From an uncultured bacterium (GTDB lineage: Bacteria; Omnitrophota; Omnitrophia; Omnitrophales; Abzuiibacteriaceae), in NCBI GenBank assembly GCA_964387845.1, contig CAYLXA010000001.1:290627-354626 (forward strand): 64,000 bases of DNA. The letters are read 5' to 3'. This document shows, piece by piece, positions 22,401 to 28,400 of this stretch. The notes beneath the pieces were generated by a model. It saw only the letters and a program-made list of their open reading frames with translations. It was not told the DNA's origin and ran no database searches. The translations under genes were made by a program, and so were the position numbers. How positions within the stretch are numbered: position 1 is the first letter of the stretch; each line of letters starts with the position of its first letter.

Positions 22401-25400
22401 CGCCATACTTCAGTGAGAATATTTTTACGCCCAGATCTGTGGATCTGTAACCAAACTTCCAATCATGAACGTCTTGATCCAGCATGACCGATAAGGCCCA
22501 TAGCATCAAATTTCGATACGTGAAACCCGGATAAGACTGCGAGAATTTTCGTGTAGACGGCGGTATATCGGCCAAACGTTCTTCGGGCCATGCCGATACA
22601 ACACTAATGAACCGCTTGACATAATCGGCCAGCAGCTCGTTGTCCGAGGGTTTCTTGATTTCTTTCCCGTCAAATTCCTCAATATGAAGACCGGTCGGAC
22701 GCAGATGTATGACTTGCGTCAAGCCCAATGTCCAGTAAGCGTAAAATAAATCCTCTAAACCACCCGCAAGCAGATGATCCAGACGGCCTGCAAATTTTTC
22801 AAATTCGTCCAGGTCTTTGAAATAGGGATCGATTAACGTTGCCAAAAATTGGTTGAGGTTGCCGAATTTCTTGTCAAGGCCCCGGTTTTCCCATTCCCGG
22901 CGCAATTCGACGCCGAGCTCGCGTAATTCCCTATTCGAAAATCCTTCGGGCAATACCTTGCTCCAATAAATGCGCCTGTCCTCTGAGCCGCTTCTGGGCC
23001 AAAACCGATTGGAGTCGTGCGGGCTCAATAGAAACGTCAGAGCTTCAAGGATATCGCCTTCCGTCAGACTGTCATAAATCTTATTCGGAGAGCCCGCTTG
23101 ATCCATCAAATCGCGAATCACATCCATAACTTGATCGACTTTTGAACGTTGGGTGACCGCGGCAGTTTGCCTAAGTTCCGAACGGTTTTTCAGAATTTGC
23201 CGCCGTTCTTCGAGCGTAAAAAATTGTTTTTCGTAAGCTCTTTTTGCGGCTTCCCGGATTTTTCTATTAAACCGGTCTAAATCAGTTATTTCCTTCTTTA
23301 AAAAATCAAGCCACTGTTTTGGTTCAATGGTCATTTCCCCGAAAAATTCGTCGCTCAAAAGCATCAACAGCTGCACAAATGCGACTTTGTACAAAGGATC
23401 TTCCTGATCCAAGGCAGCCCGCATCGCATCTGATACCGGAAGTACCGGATTCAGATAAGGGAACAGGATTTGAGCCGGATAGGACGACCGGATTAATTCA
23501 TTCAATTTAGCTTCTACTTCAAAGTAAGCATGGGCCAACAACCCCTGCTGATCGCCTTCATACCCGCCCAGCGCATGAGCCAGCAAACTTCCGGGACGCA
23601 GGATAGCTTTCATCACATTAATCCAATAGAGCGATGTTGAGTAATCGTTTTCTCCCTTATAAAATTCGTTTGCAAACACATAGGCATCGGAATGGCTAAG
23701 TTCCTCCTCTAAAACTCCGCTCCGGTATAATTGTGCGACATACCCATAATCGCCCAAACTATAAAAATGCATTTGAATCCAATCTCGTAAGTAAGCGACG
23801 GGTGATTGATCAAAATTGGGAAATTGATACTGGCCCGTTTCATATAACTTTTTCAAATTTTGGTAATAATCAAAATTTTCTATCGAAGGAACGTCGGTGC
23901 CTTCAATAATGACAATATGCCTGTCTTTCGCAAATGCACTTAGGTAACTGTCGCTCTTTCCGTCTCTCGATTTGAGGCGAACGGTGTAAACCGGAACAAA
24001 CCGGCCTGCCGCAGAGCGCTGAGATTCCCTTTTGATAATTTTACCGACCAAGAGTCCGCTGCCGTTCACTATGTCCACGATCAGGCCACGTGGAATTAAA
24101 ATATCGTCCGCGATTTTTGTTCCTATTTTTCCGATATCATAAATAGAAATCAAATCTTTGTGGCCAAATGAAAAAGCGGCATCAAAATCCGGTGAAAGAG
24201 GCCTGAGAACCTGGTTGAATGTTTCAACGGCCTCAAGACGGTTTAAGTCATTTAGACTGGCTTTTTCGACTAGGTACTTTAGCTTCGGCCAATAGCTCAC
24301 CCAAAACCATTCCACAACATCAAAGCTGGGGCTATCCGGATTTAGGAGCCTAAACTCTCTGATTAAGTTGAGAATTTGATTCGCCTGGCTGGTGTTGAGC
24401 GTGATCTTTCCGCGCAAAGCTTTGATAATGCCTTGCGCATTTAAATTTTGAGTTTCCAAAAATTCTTTCAGAACATCTACGGTAAAAAAGCGTTTAATAT
24501 TTTTTACGCTTAATTTCGAAATGATGAGAGCATGCAGCGTTTGAACCGGATCCGTATTTACTGCTTGTGCCGTCTGATTGCGCAATTCAGAGCGGAGTAG
24601 CTCAGACTGCGGGGCAGCGGTTTGACCTTGCAACGGGATTTCCCAGAAATTGCGGGCGTTGCGGGCAGAATCGAAGAATGCTCTGGCTTTCGCACGGTTG
24701 CCTTTGGTTAACTCGAATAATCCAAAAATAATTGCGTAAGCTCTTTCCGTAAAGCTACGCGACTTTTTTAGCACAAAGTCACGGGCCAGCCACCGGTAAC
24801 GGAATGCGTCAAAATGATACTGAAAACCGGCTTCCGGATCGTGAATCTTTTTAATTGTATTGCGCGAGGCTCCCTGAGAGTAGTGCTGATCTAAATAATC
24901 GCGGCCGTAGTTGGTAATCCCTGCATAGATCTTCTTAAAGCCCGAACGCCGCGCGACATCTTGAAGAATCTGAATCGCTTCCGGCATCAGTTCATCGAAA
25001 TATTTTGCACCGTCATTGTTAAACTCGAAACTGTTGACCGTTAGTACCGGATCTCCATTGTCTTCCGATGCAATCATCCACATCTGTGCCCGATGCTGAT
25101 AGGCATCGCCTGAACCCTTGTGATCGATGTCCGCCAGGATAATTCCGTCGTCACTCAGGAGAGAGGGCAAAATCCAGGAGACAAAATGCTGCAGAGAAAT
25201 ACAATTTCCGATGGCTTCACTTGAAGTGAGAAAATCTATCGCGCCTTTCAGGGTCTTTTTGTCGTGAATTCTTATTCGAATTCCCTTTTCTTTATTTTCG
25301 TAAACCCTGCCCTTCTCAAATTCAGAAACATTGATGCCGATTGCCTGCATTTTTTTCTCAATGGCTGAAACATGGCCTGTTTTGCGAAGTCTTTCTGACA

Positions 25401-28400
25401 AATAATCACGCAATCTTTTGTAATACAAAATTCCGGGCGCAATATTGAGCCGCGTGCTGATCAAAAAAGTTCCTGGCGCGATAATTCCCATCAAAATAAA
25501 AAACAAGGCAGCATTTGAAATGAGAGGATAAATGGTAAAAACGCCGAACCCGACCAGAAACGCGAAAGCGGTCGGCGCCACCCAAGCATAAATGGGCCTT
25601 GGCGGCTTTCTAAGGCCTTTCAAAATGCGTGGATTCATCGTGACAATGTCGAGAGCATCTGCAATGCTGATCCCGAGTGCGCGCCGCACTTTGGCAATTT
25701 CGGAAATTTTCATGCGGCTCAGGCGCGTGGCTTTCATAAATTTCTGAACCGCCATGAGTTTGTCAAAAGCGTCTTTTTTAAGACTGTCCCGCACCGCTTT
25801 GTCTTCGGAAAGCCTGCGCATAGCTTCTTGATTTGAGGCTGACCAGACTACGGCAATAACTTCTTCCGTTTTTTTCCGCTGGTCAGGCGAAAGTTTATCC
25901 AAAAACTTAAGCACATTGACGAGATCGCCGTCTTTAACGGACACGTTGTACAGAATTTCTTCAAAAAAGTACCGCAAATTCCGGTTTGGACTTGGAAAAT
26001 ATTCGAGCAACTTTTCAAGTTTCGCGATTGCGCGCGGAGGATAGCTCATTTTCTGCGCAACGGGATTTTCATTAATTTCAGCGAGAATGGTTTCGATAAA
26101 TTTTGGATATGCGCGGAGCTCGGATCGCTGCTCATCGGTTTTTTTTGCGATTGCCCTCCTTTCAGACTTATGCTGAAACCACCACATTCCTCCAAAAAGA
26201 AGCAGAAGCGGCGGGATCAAGGAAGCATTGTCCGTAAGCCAGGCAACGGGCCCGGTCACAACAAGAACAAGCGAGGCTGTAATTGCCTTAAGAAAATATT
26301 GTTTCCGGAACTTAAACCACCACGTTTTATACTGAGTCGGAAAAATCTTAACGCGGTTCGATGGTTGAATTAAATCCGTTACATAACCAATCACTTCACC
26401 TTTTGGGAAAGCATACTCCAAAGGCTCGACCGGATACCCATAAACGTCTAAATATTGTTTTTGGGAAGGATCGGCATATTCGATCGATACAAGCTCGGGC
26501 TGTTTGCCGGATTTCTTAACATAATCGACAAGCCTCTTAGGCCCTTGATTGAGCGGATAAGCAAAATAAAGAACTGATTTAAATCCGCATGCCCGGGCAT
26601 AGTTCTCGATGATTTTTTGAATTCCCTTCGCCTTTGCATCAAAAATTCGCCCCTCCACACCGTCCACAAATAAAATCGGCTGTTCTTTTCCGTCTTGATC
26701 CTTATAAATCGCGGCGGCGATTCTGGCCCGTACCCGGCGGCCTTCGCGCGTACGGAAATCAATCGCTGAAATACTTTTGTTGTGCAAATAATTAAACGGG
26801 CCCAGCGCACCTTTTGTTCTCCGGTTTAATTTGTCAAGCCACGTGTTGCCGCGAAGCGACGCCGAAGAAAAGAAATCCTTTTGATTGGTTAAATCAAACC
26901 ACGGATCGCGCCGCCAAATCCGGGCTTCTACAATTGAGTCCGGTAAATTTCCCCAATCGTCAATCTTGGAGATACTTTTCTGAAGGTATTGATTGGCCTT
27001 CGCGGCATTGGGGTTTACATATTGGCCCAGCTCTTGCAGCAACTTTTTTCCTTCCTCGACAGGCAATTCACCTCTTTTATTCCTGGCCAATTCTTCTTTG
27101 TGCGCATTGAAAAATTGAGTGACCGACTTCTTACCCTCCTTTAAATTGGGCGTGTACTGTCCGGGCTTAAACTGGCGGTCTTCGGTTGAACCCAAAAAAT
27201 CCCTGAGTATTTTCTGGATAAACTCGGGGATGGTTTGATTTTCCGCGTCTTCGAATTCCCCTGCCGGTACTTTTTCAATATTATCCCCGCGAATTTGATA
27301 ATAGACTTTGTAATCCGGATTATCCCAATTTTCGTTGATGCCGACCGATTTGAGACGCTCCATGGTTTGAATCGCTGCCTCGGTCTGGTCAAACCATTGC
27401 CGGTAACTTCGCCGCTTAAGCATGGAGGCCAGATCCAACGCGGAAATTGTTTTCCACGAAAAAATGAACATTCGTTTCGCAAATACCGCCAAAATGTAAA
27501 CCAAGGCTGTGAAACCTGACGCCACAAACAAGCTTTCAATCCATCCTGCGGGATCAGAATTGTTGATCATTTCCCTAATATTTAAGCTTGCTAAATTTCC
27601 ATCCATCCAAAAAGAAATAGCGGAATAGAAAATTGTGAGCGCTGCGCGTTGAACCGAAGCATAGAAATATCCAATAACGCCAGTGAAGGAAACCGCGAGA
27701 AGATGCAGCCACGGGTTCTGAATGAGCGCCGTACGGGCGTGCGCAATCCGTGCGCGTTCTAATTTTTCTTCGTTAATTTTGTTCAAGTCAATCTTTAAAC
27801 TTTTAAACTTTTTCCACAAAAATTTCAGCTCCGGGAAACCGTCTTTCTCCATCCGCTCGTCGATTTCGGCAATGGTGAGATCTGAATTCTCACGCAGTTC
27901 ACTGGCTGCCTTTGGATTTTTGCTTTTTCCGTTTCCGGAAAAAGCGTTGCGCGTCAGAACACCGATCGTTTTAAACACCAGCGCGGTGTTATAAAGTGCC
28001 GACCGGTCCCGGATATCGTTTAACTCCAGCTCTATGTCATGCGTGTCCATGCCAAACTTTCCGGTTCCGATACCCCGCTTTAGAGCGCTTGAGCTGAGAA
28101 AACCCGGCTTGGTGTGATGTAAAACACTTTCGATATAATTTTGATCAACTTCCAAAGGTAAGCGCGGCCTTGGCCCAAACCATTGCATGTCACCGCGGAC
28201 AATCGACAAGAGCTGCGGAAGCTCATCAAGCCCCGTTCTGCGCAAAAACCATTCGTAAGGCGTAATGCTTTCATCTGAAATGTTGAAATCAAGTTTCATG
28301 GTTTTAATTTTTCGTATCACAATCGTCTTGCCCTGAAAACCGATTCGCTCTTGAATAAAAAACATGGGGCCGCTTGTGATAATTTTCCGGATAAAGGCAA